Source of the DNA: Methanotrichaceae archaeon
GTDB taxonomy: Archaea; Halobacteriota; Methanosarcinia; Methanotrichales; Methanotrichaceae
Assembly (NCBI GenBank): GCA_963803145.1
Contig: CAWDLW010000036.1
Span: 1-42,573 of the forward strand
Direction: 5' to 3'
Length of the DNA: 42,573 bases
Shown here: positions 40,463 through 42,573 of the stretch, piece after piece
Numbering within the stretch: the first letter of the stretch is position 1
Layout of the letters: every line of letters begins with the position of its first letter
Notes under the pieces: model-generated
Seen by the model: the letters and a program-made list of their open reading frames with translations, nothing else
Told to the model about the DNA's origin: nothing
Databases searched by the model: none
Position numbers and translations under genes: made by a program

Positions 40463-41175
40463 TCTAACCTCTTCGTGAGTTTCTCTGATGCTGCTGGCAT
40501 AGCCATAATTACCTTCATTGCCAACAGGCTGGGATCTCGAAAAATGACCTCAATCACAATGTCATTCAGCTATCGTGCGACATCTCTATTTAGGAGCGTC
40601 GACAATTTCGAAGGCGGCAATCCACCTTTGGCTACAATTTGAGTTAGAAGTCGCTGAAGCTCAAAGTCTTGCTCTTCTTGGGTCATATCTTCTCTGTACA
40701 ACAGGAACACCTCCAATTATCTCTTTTAATATTCAATTTATTTTATAGTAATATCCCATAGCCTGCAACTGAGGGGCGCTACCGTTTGACTTCGGCTATG
40801 AGGCTGATGTTAGCATTATATTTATTTCCGACATGAATCGTTTATCTCTCAAACAACCCGGTCGAGGTAAACCTGTAGATTGACTCAATTGCCCTTTTGC
40901 ACTCCAAGCCTACCGCTTACTCTTCGCAAGTACCACCCTGCACGTCTGCCTTGGTATCCTTGATATCTTCGGCTCTGATATTTTAGATGATTTCCCATAA
41001 TCAAAAACTCCTGTATCCGATTTCAACTTCATGTCAGGCCCTTTATGGATCTGATTGTTCCTGCCTCTATGGGATAAGCATTAGATGCAAATCCCGTTTA
41101 TGGGCACTTTCCAATACACGTCTCTGAATTTCCTCTCGACATAATATACTAGCATCCCATAGTATATACATATTT

Positions 41176-41199
41176 TGGTTCCTAAGTACCAAGGTATAT
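41176..41199 (+). promoter_or_regulatory. Triple 8-bp box, copy 8 (TGGTTCCT AAGTACCA AGGTATAT)
   Basis: 36 nt upstream of GTG 41236, followed by TAAGTTATATAAA. Confidence 0.6.
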
Positions 41200-41235
41200 T
41201 AAGTTATATAAATTTTAGTACCCTGAGGAGTTGTT

Positions 41236-41346
41236 GTGGTGAGAATAGCGCTAACGCTATCCAAACCAGTCGAAAAGGTTCTCAAAGTATATACTGCCCT
41301 GACAAAAAGTAGCATTCTGGAAGATGTAAGAAAAGTGAATCAATGA
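41236..41346 (+). pseudogene. RHH paralogue 8, truncated (helix 2 lost)
   Basis: VVRIALTLSKPVEKVLKVYTALTKSS, then unrelated ILEDVRKVNQ*. Confidence 0.72.
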
Positions 41347-41642
41347 GCTGGCATATGATCCCGAGTAGGCCAAGGCGTATCTGGCTGAGCGGAGAGCGAT
41401 TGATCAGGCTCCGGTATATTTCTCGGCACAACTCTGATGATGGCAGTCTTCATCAGGTATTCGGTTATGCCACTTGATGTCTCCAACACTATGCATTCTG
41501 GGTCCTCGTCACGCAGTATTCCGCTGGATACGCCTGGTTCACCAGATTCGATCAAGCGATTGATCGTGGGGACCGTGTAGATAACATCTATGTATTTCCC
41601 TTTTAACCCTGCTATAAGCGTATTTCGTTCCATTATTCTCAC
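41340..41642 (-). CDS. Hypothetical protein (beta-rich, possibly Sm/Hfq-like)
   Basis: LKGKYIDVIY...GILRDED..CIVLE...YLMKTAIIRV pattern. Confidence 0.55.
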   Translation of the reverse strand: MRIMERNTLIAGLKGKYIDVIYTVPTINRLIESGEPGVSSGILRDEDPECIVLETSSGITEYLMKTAIIRVVPRNIPEPDQSLSAQPDTPWPTRDHMPAH

Positions 41643-42059
41643 TAGCTTGTTGATACTGTTTTCATTAAATTTAAGTATTTTATCTTCTTCAAAGCCTGTC
41701 GCCTAACTCACATGGGGCAAAAAAGACCGTAAAAGATGGCGGATCACAGTGGAAACCTGCAGGCTTGCCGCTCATAGGAAGGCATGGCCCCATCAGCCCC
41801 AGGCAGGTCCCTTTCGAATGCCACAAGCTGCTTGGAAATGGCGATTACTAGCTTTGGCAGCATCCGCCGGAGCTGTGGCACCCACCGCCCCGTCTTCAGC
41901 AGTGTCTAATACAGTGAGTTGCCGGGCTTAGGTTACGGCACTAAGAATAGTCATACACTTAATAGTCACACACTTCCCCCGTTTGGGGAGATCGTTATGA
42001 CCTTCACCTACTCATAAGTACTCTCACCTTTATGATTCTGTAAATGCTATAGCACCATT

Positions 42060-42398
42060 ATGTCAATGTCAACGATAATTGGCCGCGACGGTCGCCTGGT
42101 ATGGGACAATTTTCCAGTATCCTTAAAATATTGGAGGATAGAATGGGACAAACCGGATGGCGGAAAAGAGAGCTGGCACGGCAAAGCGATTATCTCTCAG
42201 ACAGACCTTCGTGCCATGATGGAAGAGCGCGCAAAATCCGGGCCCATTCCGATAAACGAGCCCATCTCCGCAGAGTTCCATAAAGGCAAAGAGGTCTATA
42301 CTGGACGGTTCCTGATTTCCTCGTTTCCTGATCCTATCGACTCTAATCCTGTAGTTGATTTCACAGGCATCGGCGAGCTGGAGCCAACAGAGCATTGA
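42060..42398 (+). CDS. Hypothetical protein
   Basis: 112-aa ORF with normal composition. Confidence 0.55.
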   Translation: MSMSTIIGRDGRLVWDNFPVSLKYWRIEWDKPDGGKESWHGKAIISQTDLRAMMEERAKSGPIPINEPISAEFHKGKEVYTGRFLISSFPDPIDSNPVVDFTGIGELEPTEH

Positions 42399-42573
42399 TC
42401 CCCTAGCCCCGAGCTGATTTTATCGTGGCCCAGAACCCTTTCCCCATCATCCTATCTTTATCTTTATGAAATGCTCCCTGCGATCATCAACCAGGTGTAC
42501 CACCCTGTCGCTTTGCAAAAAGTCGTCAACCGTCACGCTAACCACCTTGCATCCGAACCCAGTCCGCATAACA

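Noticed and set aside
16600-41350. RHH modules as MITEs or integron-like cassettes
   Set aside because: I found no shared terminal inverted repeats, target duplications or conserved downstream sites, and similarity ends near the RHH stop codon. No recombinase lies in the window. This was judged by eye only.

Overview
The window is probably from a methanogenic archaeon (Methanotrichaceae/Methanosarcinales-like). This is inferred from a PGF-CTERM protein, TATA-type promoters and the gene families present. The left part (1-13.3 kb) has an MFS transporter and an SDR transcribed divergently from a complete bacterial-type N-ATPase operon (atpD-C-Q-R-B-E-F-A-G). The operon carries an 18-bp tandem repeat between atpC and atpQ and an antisense hicBA pair between atpA and atpG. 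It is followed by a largely decayed toxin-antitoxin array that is bracketed by a ~326-bp duplication of the atpG 3' end. The right part (13.4-42.5 kb) is an accessory region rich in small proteins, with two complete IS elements (IS630-like and IS701-like), a hybrid histidine kinase, a phospholipase D, an aeRF1-like protein, an AI-2E transporter and a PAP2 enzyme. The most striking signal is mostly invisible in the ORF track. Eight dispersed paralogues of a ~51-aa CopG/MetJ-like ribbon-helix-helix (RHH) gene each start 36-39 nt downstream of a conserved triplet of 8-bp boxes (consensus near the palindrome TGGTACCA), inside what looks like a back-to-back promoter. Two further copies of this element have no RHH gene. 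Four of the modules face paralogues of an Ala/Lys-rich LEA-like gene, and one RHH is fused in frame to the aeRF1-like gene. This looks like a repeatedly duplicated regulator/operator/cargo module. All family assignments are from motif recognition only; no database search was run.
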